64,000 bases of DNA, taken from Octopus vulgaris (Eukaryota). Position 1 is the stretch's first letter. Each line of letters opens with the position of its first letter. The stretch covers positions 120,404,001 to 120,468,000 of the forward strand of contig OX597819.1 in NCBI GenBank assembly GCA_951406725.2, in the 5' to 3' direction. Under the pieces are notes generated by a model. It searched no databases. It saw only the letters and a list, made by a program, of their open reading frames with translations, and was not told the origin of the DNA. The translations under genes were made by a program, and so were the position numbers. Positions 38,383 to 53,054 of this stretch are shown here, piece after piece.

Positions 38383-39312
38383 ATTATTATTATTATTACT
38401 ATTATGCATTGTCTGTCAGACTGAGAATGGTTTCTTTGCAATATAGAAGTACTGAGTCTTTGTCTCACCAGACAAATAACCTTACGAGACTGACTCATTC
38501 CTCATTCATCTTCTGTGTACGATTGAGCTTAATTTTACCCTTCGAACAACCGAAGTCTTTAAAATATAATAAACCAGTCAAAACATTGTCTGACTATGTA
38601 CGTAATAGATTTCTTTACACCATTTACGTGATTTGCACCTGTCTGAGTCAATTTATATTCTTAGTATTTTATCAAAAATTTAATAAAACACCATTGATAC
38701 ATTAGTGTTGATTCAAAGTATTATATTCGGTGTCTAGGAACTTGTTGGTTCTTTGCCAGTGTTAAAAATCATTAATTCCGGTATCATATCGTTTCCAAGA
38801 CTGTTTGACAGATTTATAAAAGTATCGATTACAAACAATGTTTTCTTGTATATTTGTTGTCATGTTGTATTTCTTTTACATTTCATGTGTTTATTTTCTA
38901 TCGTCAACTTTAATTTTCAGCTAAACAATGATAAACCAAATGTTTTCCATATGAAAAATCCTAAAGTAACTGTGAAAGAAACGATATCCACCAACTGAAA
39001 AGATATACGAGTAAAGAGTGAGAGAAAAGATATACTTGTTTCGCCAAGATATCGATGCTGGTTGTTGATAAGGGAGATAACACAAAGGCTAATGTTACGA
39101 GGGATTTATTTTGATAAAGTGCTACGTCATTAAAATCATTTCTTGTTAGAATGGAAAGATTTTTTCCTAGAGTTTTTTGTTATTTATAGCTACGGCATAT
39201 TGTATTTCTTACTTAACGATCTAATGATGATGATGACGATAAGCAGAACAGGGCAGTGGGCAGGAAAATAAGGAAAGAGATCTACACAACAACAGGGATA
39301 GTAATAATAGTA

Positions 39313-39381
<69 letters not shown>

Positions 39382-39390
39382 GTAGTAGTA

Positions 39391-39457
<67 letters not shown>

Positions 39458-39961
39458 GACTGGAAGTGTTATCATGTACATTGTTTTGTCTTGGTATAAA
39501 AGATGGGCTACAGCAAATATTCTGCTCAATACCATAGATTTGCTTGTCAGTTGTTTGACCGTAACCATTTGAGCATGTCTCTTAGTGGCTGGCGATATGT
39601 GCATCTCTGATCACGAGTAGAAGTAGTGGGGGAGCATCATAGCCATGTGTTGAGAGGGATTCTTTGAGGTTTGAATGATTCACCTCTTGAAACATGGGTG
39701 TTTCATTCAACATCCTTAAACAACCCTCAATCAGGGACCTTTTGAGTGGGATGGGTTACCCACCAGAAGAAAATTCTAACTGGGCCCCACTTGCAAGGTC
39801 ATGCGCTGTTTATCTTGTTATGAGATCACCATGTCGCGCACATATGGTTGTGATGCATTTGCCTGGTGTACCCTTATCAGACGGGTAGTCATGATGGGTA
39901 TACTGGGCTTCGCATATTATACCCCAGTGTCACTTTGATGGCATGCACTGCTCTCTCACTC
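39458..39961 (+). mobile_element. Unclassified ~500-bp insertion in (AAT)n, probably a 5'-truncated retroposon 3' region
   Basis: GC-richer block with sharp boundaries inside (AAT)n, ending CTCTCTCACTC(AAT)n; no recognisable ORF. Confidence 0.55.
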
Positions 39962-40174
39962 AATAATAATAATAATAATAATAATAACAATAATAATATT
40001 AATAATAATAATGATGATAATAATAATAATAATAACAATAATAATGATGATGATGAAGATGATGATGATGATAATAATAATAATTATAATAATAATATTA
40101 ATAATAGTCGTAGTAGTAATAGTTTCAAATTTTTCCACATGAGTAGCAATTTATATTTGGCGGGGTGGGGCTGA

Positions 40175-40548
40175 TGAGTCGGTTACATTGTCTCCAGTGA
40201 CCAGCTTGTATTTATTTTATCGATCTCGAGAGGATGAAAGACAAAGTCGACCTCAGCGGAATTTGAACTCAAAACGTAACGGCAGATGAAATACCTATTT
40301 CTTTACTACCCACAAGGGGCTAAACACAGAGAGGACAAACAAGGACAGACAAAGGGATTAAGTCGATTACATCGACCCCAGTGCGTAACTGCTACTTAAT
40401 TTACCGACCCCCGAAAGGATGAAAGGCAAAGTCGACCTCGGCAGAATTTAAACTCAGAACGTAACGGCAGACGAAATACCGCTATGCATTTCGTCCGGCG
40501 TGCTAATGATTCTGCCAGCACACCGCCCTCAATCATAATAATAACGGT

Positions 40549-40613
<65 letters not shown>

Positions 40614-40850
40614 TTATGATGACGATGATGATAAAAATTCCTAATTTTGACACATGGCCAGCAATTTCAAAGAAAAGAATAAGTTGATTACGTCGTCTCC
40701 AACATTTAACTGATCCTTATTTATTCGTCCCCTAAAGGATGAAAGGCAAACTGGCCCTCGGCAGAATTTGAACGCAGAGCGTAAAGACAAACAGAATGCC
40801 GCTAAGCATTTCGCGCGGCAAGCTAACGATTCTACCAGTTCGCCTCTTTA
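40175..40850 (-). mobile_element. SINE family A copies (tandem plus single)
   Basis: Family A consensus blocks at 40175-40530 and 40640-40850. Confidence 0.85.
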
Positions 40851-40958
40851 ACAACAACAACAACAGCAAAATTCTCATCATCAACATCAACAGCAAAAAG
40901 AACATCAACAACAACAACATCAACAGCAATAACATCATCAACAACACCATCAACATCA

Positions 40959-41285
40959 GTGGAGGCGCAATGGCCCAATGGTTAGGGCACCGGACTCGCG
41001 GTCCGAGGATCGCGGTTTCGATTCCCAGACCGGGCGTTGTGTGTGTTTATTGAGCGAAAACACCTAAAAGCTCCACGAGGCTCCGACAAGGGTGGTGGTG
41101 GTGGTGACCCCTGTTGTACTCTTTCGCTCCAAATTTCTCTCGCTCTTCCTTCCTGTTTCTTGTCCCCGACTTCCTACGCAAACGGGGGTTGACCTGCTTT
41201 CTCTTCTGCGGGTCTTACAAATAGCAAAGGAACACGTTTCGGACTTCTCCCAACTTGCGACCTCTGGGACGAAGACCGTTCGCTC
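40959..41285 (+). mobile_element. tRNA-derived SINE family C, full length with (CAA)n tail
   Basis: Box A TGGCCCAATGG, box B GTTTCGATTCC, body, ends in a CAA/CAT-rich tract; related head at 48779-48900. Confidence 0.85.
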
Positions 41286-41344
41286 AACAGCAACAGCATC
41301 AACAGCAACAAAAACATCACGAACAGTAACATCAACAAGAGCAT

Positions 41345-41380
<36 letters not shown>

Positions 41381-41801
41381 AAAAACAACAACATCATCAT
41401 CATCATCATCATCATCATCAACAACAACATTCCTTTCTTCTAGAGACACAATTTTACATTAATCTAAGGGGTTACTTCATACATGTGTAGAGTACAAGTT
41501 TATTCTTAAACAAATCTGTTTTTGATAGTGATTTTATATTTCGGCCTCTTAACCCATAGTCAGGATGGCTTATATTTGTTAATATTTATCAGAAGCAACG
41601 CAGTGTCTCAAGGGCCAAGAGTTTCGTGCGTTGGCACTTATCAGAACGCACTCTCTGGCTTCTGCAACATATTAATGAAAATTTACATATGCTCATACTC
41701 TGAGTTCTATTGTTCTTGTTCTTGCTATAACTATATGTGTGAGTGTATGTGCATGCGTCTGTGTGTATGAGCTTGTACATACATACACATATATATACAC
41801 A

Positions 41802-41863
<62 letters not shown>

Positions 41864-41865
41864 TA

Positions 41866-42103
41866 TAAAATAAAATAATAGGGAAAAAATCCAAACTTAG
41901 AGGGAAAAATCAGATTTAGGATTAAATCCAATTTTATAGTATAAATATATTATATTATATTATATTAAATTAGAGATAAAACCACTATTAGGCAAATCAA
42001 ACAATGAAAAACATAAACCAATACATAAAATTAATTTAATTTATATTATTTTAAATATATATCAAAAGTATTAAAAGTTTAATAAAAGGTAAAGAGTAAA
42101 ACA
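41866..42103. repeat. Dispersed AT-rich element inserted in (TA)n
   Basis: Near-identical reverse-complement copy at 58337-58569 and a partial copy at 29280-29345. Confidence 0.85.
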
Positions 42104-43274
42104 TATATATGTATGTATCGATTGTTAAACGATGTTAGGGGAACAAACACAGACGCACAAACACACACACACATATATATGCATATGCATATATACGACG
42201 GGCTTATTTCAGTTTCCGTCTGCCAAATCTATTCACAAGGCTTTGGTCGACCCGAGGCTATAGTAGAAGTATATATATATATATATATATAACTTTCAGG
42301 ATTTATAGAAGCGCAGTATTTATATAGAAAAGACACCAAGAAAGGTAGAGTCAGGGAAAGCGACCCCGTACGCTAACAGTGTAAACGAACACCGTCGTAC
42401 TTAGTAAAATAAATAGTAGTAGCTTGTATGCACGTGGTATTTCATCATGCAACTTTATTATTCCATAAAGTATATTAAATGCTTTTTATCAATCAACATC
42501 ATGTTCTACTGTGTTAGCAGTGCTCTTTACTTTATTTTGCTAAGGTTATTTCTACAGAAATTGCAACCAGCATTACTTTTTTGCTACAACGTTTCCTATC
42601 GAGACGTTAGATGAAGCAGACAATGAAATCGAAGAAAAATAGGTAATGAGTGAATATGCCATATTTTGGTGGGGTTTAGCCCGAAATTTAGCATATACAC
42701 TAATTACATATTTTTGTCTCCGATCTCATTGTTTGTTTACATCTGATGTCTCGATACGAAACGTTGCTTCCAAAAAATCAGTGCTGACCATAAGAAATAA
42801 CTTTAGCAAAATTAATAGTGTAAATATGGATTTATTCTTCCAGTTATTCTTGCGTACACAAGTACTGACCAAATACACAACGCATACGCAAAATCACAGA
42901 CGAGTACGCTCCGGTGTATAATGCCCGGTCGACTATAGCTTCAAGATCTAATGCAGTGAAGGTTAGCGTGTGGCGAAGTATAAACAACACAAATAGGTTG
43001 AAATTTACTACAGCTGTTTCAGACGTGTTTTTTACTAATCAGGTAAATCAAGAGTAAATGTTAACATGTAGGATATTTAGCACACATAGTACATAATGTA
43101 TATTGACCGTCTCATCTGGGTTATTTGTGGGAAAAATCCTGAATGTTGAACTTTACTTTTAATTCACCCGAAAGAAACTTTTTTTATATATCATGTAATT
43201 ATTGTGTTCATCAATAAAAATACGGCTGAAACAGCCGCAATGAACTTCAACCCATCTCTGTTGTTATACATACA

Positions 43275-43356
<82 letters not shown>

Positions 43357-43464
43357 ATCCAAACATGTAAACACAAAGAGAAAACACAACGCGAGGACGT
43401 AGAACAAGTATAGTGTTATTAGACGCTCAGGAAAGGAAGGAAATATATATATATATATATGTGC

Positions 43465-43539
<75 letters not shown>

Positions 43540-43652
43540 CGTATGTGTATATATAGAGTGATTGAAATGGTGTACAGATATTACATATTGAGAAGAGGGA
43601 GGCAGTCAAAATTTTGGATGACGAACTCTTGAAGACAGAAATTAAATCCAAA

Positions 43653-43725
<73 letters not shown>

Positions 43726-43912
43726 TGTATGTATGTATGTATATAGAAAAAAATGTCAAGATAGAAAATGCTAAAATAGCTTTATACAAAATATTTCAGT
43801 ACCGGTTTCAGTCAGTGAGACATTTTCAAATGTAAGTATGGAAATCAATATGTGGTTGATATATAAATATATATATATCAACCACATCGTATATATATAA
43901 ATATATACATAC

Positions 43913-44017
<105 letters not shown>

Positions 44018-45119
44018 CATATATACACACACAAGATCATATATTCTCACCGAGAGTAAAATTCGAGTTAGTTTAGTTCTGGAGATAAATCTTAATTTGA
44101 ACACAAGATGAATGAGGTATAAAATTTACACGAGTATCTTGTACACATATCTGCTGCTGACTGCCCGATCATCGCCACCAGAAGCAAGGTTTTGCTTATT
44201 GAAATGAGCATCTTTCGGCCTGCGGTTATATTTTGTACTGCAAATAAAAGTGCAGAACTTCATATCTAGAAGTTTTGACTAAATAGAAATGTAACCGAAC
44301 GTTTAACGTAATAATGGCTGCTAGATAGACTCGATAGGTGCAGAGCACGTGACGGGCGGTTAGTTGGTGTGACACAAGAGCGAAATTCCATGCATAAAGA
44401 ACCATAAGTATAGAAAAAGAAATGAAATCATAAAACAAACAAAAGAATGACAAAAAGGAAAAGGAAAAACACAAAACAAAATAAAAAAGCAAAAACGTAC
44501 AGGAATAAAGCAGAGACGATTAGGCGGCTTGGAAAAGATCTTTTAGATTAAAACCTCTTTTTTTGCTTTCTGATATCGCTCAAGCAATCCAGCCACCATA
44601 AAGAGTGACGAGATAACAGCGATATAGTCAGGGTTGGTAATTAGAAACAAGCCAAGGGTGCTGGTAGCGGCTAGGTTGTTGTAGTGTAATAATGGTAAGA
44701 AAGAGATGGAGCTGGTGATGGTGGTGGTGGTGGTGGTTGCGATGGTAGTAAAGCGATGGAGCTCGTTTAGGTTGTTGCTCATTTTTTTTTATCTCGGTTA
44801 TAGGAACAGAAGGGGAGGTAATATTATCTAAAATGTAAAGGCCGCCATTTTCTGTTTGATAATCCGTGTTGACCTTAATCAGGTAAAAATGGTTATAAAA
44901 TATAATAATCATTATGTCTACTCATTCTTTTTTCTTTTTTTTTAGACAAGGAGGGTATGGCAGGTGAGATAATAGACGCTATTTTAATAGATAGCGTTCA
45001 GCTGCTTGAATTGTAAACCGTCAAATATGATTACAACGTAATAATACTGCACAGCTGAAGAGAGTTGCCTTCAGTTGCGACGAACTACGAACCATCTACA
45101 TATTTATATATATGTTGAC

Positions 45120-45181
<62 letters not shown>

Positions 45182-45248
45182 TTGTGTGTATATATATATA
45201 TGTATGTATATATATACATATATATATATATATATGCATGTATGTATG

Positions 45249-45283
<35 letters not shown>

Positions 45284-45387
45284 TACATTGACACACATAC
45301 ATAAAATCGTGTGTATATACATTCACACGCATATGCACTCGTATATGTATGTTTCTGTAGTAATTAGACACATACAAATATACACAC

Positions 45388-45423
<36 letters not shown>

Positions 45424-45705
45424 GTAGAAACGTATCACCAAAATCTATGTAGCTTATCACTGTTTCATATAGACTCATGCGCATAGTCACACATAAGTTC
45501 CTATACATATGCGTCTCTACGTCTCTCTCTCTATATATATGTATATATATATATATATATGACATTATATATATAAAATATTATATATATATATATATGA
45601 CATTATATATATAATATATGATATATACATATATATATATATATATGATATATATGTATATACACTCATATAAATATAAGGATGTATATCTGTGTATGTG
45701 TATGT

Positions 45706-45748
<43 letters not shown>

Positions 45749-45815
45749 TAAATATATATACACACATATATAAATATATATACACATACAGATATAAATG
45801 TATACACACACACAT

Positions 45816-45869
<54 letters not shown>

Positions 45870-45940
45870 AGAGAGCGAAACATAAATATATATACTTTTA
45901 TATACACACACATATATGTATATAAATATGTGCGTGTGTG

Positions 45941-45985
<45 letters not shown>

Positions 45986-45987
45986 TT

Positions 45988-46024
<37 letters not shown>

Positions 46025-46314
46025 TGAGTGTGTGTGTGTGTGTATGTACTTGACTCAAACGAGTTAAGTACGTAGTCGCGTTTATGTTCTTGTACACACA
46101 ATCTTCGTGCTCTATCATTATTATGGAGATAAGTGATGACTTTCTCTTGAAAGAAATGACAAAATCCAAATGTTGAATTCATTATGTTCAAGTGTTTGTC
46201 TGAGTGTATATACTTGTATGTATGCATCTATCTAGCTATCTCTACGTAAGTGTGTAGCTGTGTATGAATATGTGTGTATATTTATATTTTACTGATTATT
46301 CATGTGTGTATGTG

Positions 46315-46356
<42 letters not shown>

Positions 46357-46534
46357 CATGGGGTCATGTGACTCTATATTCACATGTATGTGTTAGATGG
46401 TGTCAGTGCGTGTTTAAAAAAAAAAAACAAAAAACAAAAAAAAAAGAACCTGCGCGTGAATTTTGGCTAAAATCTTTCATATTTATGAAATATGCTGATA
46501 CATACAAAAATTGCTCCATATAATTCCATATATG

Positions 46535-46925
46535 TGCAGGCGTGGCTGTGTTGTAAGAAGTTTCATTCCCAACCGCATGGGTCCGAGTTCCATTCTCATT
46601 GCGTGGCATCTCGGGCAAGTGTCTTAAGCTATAACCTCGGGCCGTCCGAAGTCTTGTGATTGGATTTGGTAAACGGAAGGTGAAAGAAGCCCGTCGCATA
46701 TATATATATACATATGTATATGCTTGTTTGTCTGTGTTTGTTCCCCCACCATCGCTTGACAACCGATGTTGGTGTCTTTACGTCCCCGTAACTTGGCGGT
46801 TCGGCAAAATTGCCGATAGAATAAATACTAGGTTTACAAAGAATAAGTCCTAGGATCAATTTGTTCGACTAAGGCGGTTCTCCAGCATGGCCGCAGTCAA
46901 ATGACTGAAACAATAAAAGAATAAA
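46535..46925 (+). mobile_element. SINE family B (tRNA head + CORE-like block + internal microsatellite + tail), full length
   Basis: GCAGGCGTGGCTGTGTTGTAAG...GAGTTCCATTC...GGCATCTCGGGCAAGTGTCTT (CORE-like)...CCAGCATGGCCGCAGTCAAATGACTGAAACAATAAAAG. Confidence 0.9.
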
Positions 46926-47604
46926 ATAACACATATGGGGTGTTTAATTATTTGTTTATGTTCGGATCTTTGTATCATAATAGCCTTAGCATAATTCTGT
47001 TCTGTCTGTCTTTCGAGTGAGAGAAGCAGAGAAAGAGAGAGAGAGAGGGGGAGGAGAGGGAGAGCGAGAGGACGGGGCGAGTGAGTTCCACCACCGTTCT
47101 TTCTTCTCTAGGTACAAGGTCAGAAATTTTGGAGGATGGAGCCAGTCAATTTGATCGACACTTGGTGGTAACTGGTACTTAATTTACCGACTCCGAAAGG
47201 AGCAAAAACAAAGTCGACCTCGGCGGAATTTGAACTGGGAACGTGAAGATAGACGTACTCACGTTTCTGCAAGCTCGCCGCCTTGTTCTATCACTGTCCT
47301 TTCCACAACCCTGAACAGCCACCGAAGAAGCTGCTCCGTGATGGCGTCGATCTCTCTGCTTAAAATAGCAGCTATATTACCCTCATGTCTCATTTTATCG
47401 TCTTAAAAGTCAGTCGCATCGACTAATGCAATAATATAGTCAGAGTTACGCTGTCTGAGAGAATGATGGAAGGGTCCCGCCTTGACGAGACGGTCCCACC
47501 TTAACGGAACGGTAACGTCTTGACAGGATAGTTACGCCTTGAAAAGACAACCAAATAAAAATTGCAACAACAACAACAACAATAACAACAACAACAACAA
47601 CAAC

Positions 47605-47666
<62 letters not shown>

Positions 47667-47803
47667 TATTGCTGCTGCTACTTAAATACATATTTTATCT
47701 GTGAATTTGCGTGTGTCATCTGGGAATGCATGCAATGAGCTTCCCTACTCTAGGTGCATGGAAAACACTCGGCGAGAAACAGAAGAAAATTTGAAGAAGG
47801 AAA

Positions 47804-47872
<69 letters not shown>

Positions 47873-47925
47873 GATTTCAAATTTTGGCACAAGGCCTGCA
47901 AGTATGGAGGAGAGGGTAAGACAAT

Positions 47926-47984
<59 letters not shown>

Positions 47985-48121
47985 TATTGCTGCTGCTACT
48001 TAAATACATATTTTATCTGTGAATTTGCGTGTGTCATCTGGGAATGCATGCAATGAGCTTCCCTACTCTAGGTGCATGGAAAACACTCGGCGAGAAACAG
48101 AAGAAAATTTGAAGAAGGAAA

Positions 48122-48184
<63 letters not shown>

Positions 48185-48238
48185 GATTTCAAATTTTGGC
48201 ACAAGGCCTGCAAGTATGGAGGAGAGGGTAAGACAATT
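47605..48238. repeat. ~320-bp perfect tandem duplication (differs only in AAT tract length)
   Basis: gatattgctgctgctacttaaatac...ggagagggtaagacaatta occurs twice. Confidence 0.93.
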
Positions 48239-48594
48239 ACATCGACCCTAGTCTTCATAAGGATGAAAGGCAAATTCGATCTTAGCGGAATTTGAACTCA
48301 GAAACGGACGAAATGCCACTAAGTGTTTTGTCCAGCGAGTTAAGGATTCTTCCAGCTCACTGCCTTAACAATAATAATCATTTGTACTATAGACACAAAG
48401 CCTGGAATTTGGGGATGGGGTGGACTAATCGATTACTTCGAACACAGTGTTTCACTGATACTTAATTTATCGACCCCGAGAAGATCAAAGGCAAAGTCGA
48501 CCTCAGCGGAATTTGAAATCAGAACGTAGAGACAGACGAAATACTGCTAAGCATTTCGTCCAGTGAGCTAACGATTCTGCCTGCTCACCGCCTT

Positions 48595-48648
<54 letters not shown>

Positions 48649-49955
48649 CTCTCTCTCTACTATAGCCTAAAGAAGAGTAACTCCGATCAAAAATGTTCCA
48701 TTCATGATTACCGCATTCTTTATTCAGACTGTGTTTATCAACGGCTACAATATCTAATGATTCCTAAGATACTAGTATGTGGAGGCGAGCCCCTTAGTGG
48801 TTAGGCTGCTGGACTCATGATCGTAAGCGTGCGGTTTTGATTTCTGAACTGGGCGATGGTTTGTGTTCTTGAGCGAAATACTTCCTTTTCTATTGCTCCA
48901 ATCCACTCAACTGATTACAATGAGCAATCGTGTGATGGACCGACGCCCCGTCCAGTGGAGGACTATATGCCAAACCAGAATACTGGTTTGGCGTTTACAT
49001 GTGTTTGTCAAGCTAACTAATATATCGGCAAGTTCTTTTCTGGTCTACGCACAAGGCCAGAAATTTTGTGGGAAGGGGGAACCAGTCGATTAGACCCCCG
49101 GTGGCGACCTGTACTTAATTCACTGACCCCGAAACGAGGAAAGGCAAAGTCAACCTCGGTGGAATTTGAACTCAGAACATAGGGACAGGCGAAATACCGC
49201 TATGCATTTCGCCCGGCGTTATAACGTTTCTGCCAGCCTACCACCTTGAAGTGTATGTGTATTCTTTTCTACCCTGGGCACAAGGTACAAAATTTTGGGA
49301 GAGACGTGTTGCAGTTGATTATATCGACCCCAGAACGCAACTGGTACTTAATTTATCGACCCCGAAGGGATGAAAGATAAAATCGACCTCGGTGGAATTT
49401 GAACTCAGAACATAACGGCAGACGAAATACCTATATTTTTACTACCCACAAGGGCTAAACACAGAGAGGACAAACAAGGACAGACAAACGGATTAAGTCG
49501 ATTATATCTACCCCAGAGCGTAACTGATACTTATTTAATCGACCCCGATAGGATAAAAGGCAAAGTCGACCTCGGCGAAATTTGAACTCAGAACGTAACG
49601 GCAGACGAAATACCTATTTCTTTACTACCCACAAGGGGCTAAACACAGAGAGGACATACAAAGAAAAGACAAACTGACTAAGTCGATTACATCGACCCAG
49701 TACATAACTGGTACTTATTTCATCGACCCCGAAAAGGATGAAAGGCAAAATCGACCCCGAAGGAATTTGAATGCAACGGAAAGACGGACAAGATGCCGCT
49801 AAATATTTTGACTGGCGTGTTAATGATTCTGCTAGATCACCGCCATATCAACATGGGGCCTGGAATTTTGGAGGCGGGGACCAGTCGATTACATCGACCC
49901 CAGCGCGTATATTGTACTTGATTTATCGACCCCGAAAAGATGAAAGGCAAAATCG
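48185..49955 (-). mobile_element. Cluster of SINE family A copies and tandem units
   Basis: Family A blocks at ~48185-48595 and 49035-49955. Confidence 0.85.
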
Positions 49956-49964
49956 ACGACGGTG

Positions 49965-50335
49965 ATTGACTGCGGCCTTTAGTCGAAGAAGTCGCCCCCG
50001 TACTTATTCTTTCTAAGCCTAGTATTTATTTTATCGGTTTCTTAAGCCGAACTGCTAAGTAACGGGGACGTAAACACACCAGCATCGGTTACCAAGCGAT
50101 ATTGGTGGTGGTGGGGGGGGGGGACAAACACAGATACACAAACACACTGACATATATATACATATATACATATACATATATACGACGGGCTTCTTTCAGT
50201 TTCCATCTACCAAATCCACCCAGAAGGCTTTGGACGGCCCGAGGCTATAGTAGAAGACACTTGCCCAAGGTGCCACGCAGTGGGAATGAACCCGGAACCA
50301 TGTGGTTGGTAAGCAAGCTACTTACCACACAGCAC
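49965..50335 (-). mobile_element. SINE family B
   Basis: GACACTTGCCCAAGGTGCCACGCAGTGGGAATGAACCCGGAACCATGTGG... Confidence 0.9.
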
Positions 50336-50534
50336 TCATGCGTTGCGAGATTCGCATGATTCCATGCAGTAGGACTGAACGCAAGACAACATGTTTGCAA
50401 AATGATGTTCTTAACTACACAGCTATGCCCGCGCCCAGAATTTAAGTCTAACTATTAAAGTAGTCTTCTTTCTACCTCGAAGGAGAAAGGAGTGACGCTA
50501 TAAGTTTATTCATTCCGCAGATGTAAAATATAAG

Positions 50535-51195
50535 CGGCGAGTTGGCAGAAACGTAAGCACGCAGGACAAAATGCTGAGCAGTATTTCGTCTGCCGTTACG
50601 TTCTGAGTTCAAATTTCATCCTTTCGGAGTCGAAAAAATTAAGTACCAGTTGCGTACTGGGGTCGATATAATCGACTTAATCCGTTTTTCTGTCCTTGTT
50701 TGTCCCCTCTATGTTTAGCCCCTTGTCGGTAATATACAAATAAGAAACGTTAGCACGCCGGCGAAATGCTTAGCGGTATTTCGTCTGCCGCTACGTTCTG
50801 AGTTCAAATTCCGCCGAGGTCAGCTTTGCCTTTCATCCTATCAGGGTCGATTAAATAAGTACCAGTTACACATTGGAGTCGATGTAATCGACTTAATCCG
50901 TTTGTCTCTCCTTGTTTGTCCCCTCTATGTTTAGCCCCTTCTGGATGATATACAAATAAGAAACGTTTGGACGCCCGCAAAATGCTTAGCGGTATTTCGT
51001 CTGCCGTTACATTCTGAGTTCAAATTCCGCCGAGGTCAACTTTGGCTTTCACCCTTTCGGGGTCGATTAAATATGTACCAGTTACACACACTGGAGTCGA
51101 CGTAATCGACTTAATCCGTTTGTCTGTCCTTGTTTGTCCTCTTTGTGTGGTAGTAAAAAAATAGGTATTTCTTCTGCCGATACGTTCTGAGTTCA
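50535..51195 (+). mobile_element. Head-to-tail multimer of SINE family A
   Basis: Full head at 50535, then units restarting at GAAACGTTAGCACGCC (~50745, ~50960) and GGTATTTC (~51164). Confidence 0.9.
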
Positions 51196-51605
51196 AAAAA
51201 AAAAAACAGTAAAATCTAAGCGGATTGTTTAGAAGGAGGCACTGGAAAAAAGGGGATTTTATACCAGGATTTTGCAGAACTTTATTTAAGAATGGCGCTT
51301 GCTATCTTTCTCCAAAATTCTGAATCATACAAAGACTATCTTCGTCAGATCTTTCAAATTTGGAAGTTTTCATGTTCGATAATGAAACGTTTGTTTTTTT
51401 GTTGTTGTTGATGGTGTTGCTGTCTTTAATATGAATGATGTTGAAATATGTAACAGAAAAGGATATCGTGATATCTGATACACTAAACTTTAACAAGATA
51501 TGCATACCATCCTGTTTGCTTCGCATATGTCTGTTTTTAGTCACGTACATAAAGTTATGCATCTATGTATGACTGCATGTATGTATGTATATATGTATGT
51601 ATGTA

Positions 51606-51638
<33 letters not shown>

Positions 51639-51846
51639 ATGTATATATGCATATTTCAAAGAAATCCTATAGAAAACAACTGATTACAAATTGCCACTAT
51701 GCTAATATACATACACACATATATACATACATACATACATACATACATACATACACAAGAACACGCAAATATATATATAATGTATAGGAAAGCATTCATA
51801 GAAACAGACACACGCGTACACACACGTACATACACGTATACACACG

Positions 51847-51907
<61 letters not shown>

Positions 51908-52688
51908 CGCATACACTAAGACACGTGCATATGGATTTATGCACACACATGAGTGTATGCGTATATGTATTTATATAGACACACACACACATATACATGT
52001 ATGTAAATATATATATATATATGCCTGTGTATGCATGTGTGTATATATAAATATATATATTTATATATACATATATATATATATATACATATACGAGCAC
52101 ATACATATACACACACATATGCATGTATATATATATATATATATACATATATATACATATATACATATATATTTAAACATATATACACATGTATATATAT
52201 ATATATATATATGTACACGCACATAAATTATACACGTAGATAAATCTGGTAGCTAACGTCTATGCACACATACAAGAAAAGACCGTAAAAATCGGCGCAC
52301 ACATACTGGCTTTGCCATCTAAACACATATACATATGCAGAAATCTAGAAATAACACGGGGAGTGAGTAGCAGAGAGAAAGAAAGGAGCAATGAAGGAGG
52401 GTGAGAGAGTAAGGAGGAAGAGAAACAGGGTTTTATGAGGGAGAGCGAAACTGAAATAATTAATAGATGAGTGAGAGGGGGAGCAGGGACGCGGTGGTAA
52501 GTGATAATTGCGTGCGTATGTGTGTGTCTATTCACATATATAATTACGCATACACACATGTATGTATATGTGTATAGATATAGGTATATAGATACATATA
52601 GATATAAATATTTATATATTCATAAATATACATATATGTATAGATATACATACATATACACACACACAAATATATATATATATATATG

Positions 52689-52732
<44 letters not shown>

Positions 52733-52745
52733 ATATATATATAAA

Positions 52746-52812
<67 letters not shown>

Positions 52813-52920
52813 GTGTATGTAGCATACAAATAAACATACACAGGCATATGTAGATATGTAAGAATTTATGAGTATATATGCGTGTAAATATGTGTGTGTA
52901 TATGCATATATATATATATT

Positions 52921-53012
<92 letters not shown>

Positions 53013-53021
53013 CATAAATAT

Positions 53022-53054
<33 letters not shown>

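Noticed and set aside
40959-41040. tRNA gene
   Set aside because: A/B boxes continue into a SINE body and tail, with homologous copies at 34195-34400 and 48779; it is a SINE head
42557-42642. AG...GT-bounded candidate exon
   Set aside because: Stops in all three frames
45050-45100. CTGAAGA hammerhead-like start
   Set aside because: No GAAA or stem I; better explained as a simple hairpin (CAGCTGAAG/CTTCAGTTG)
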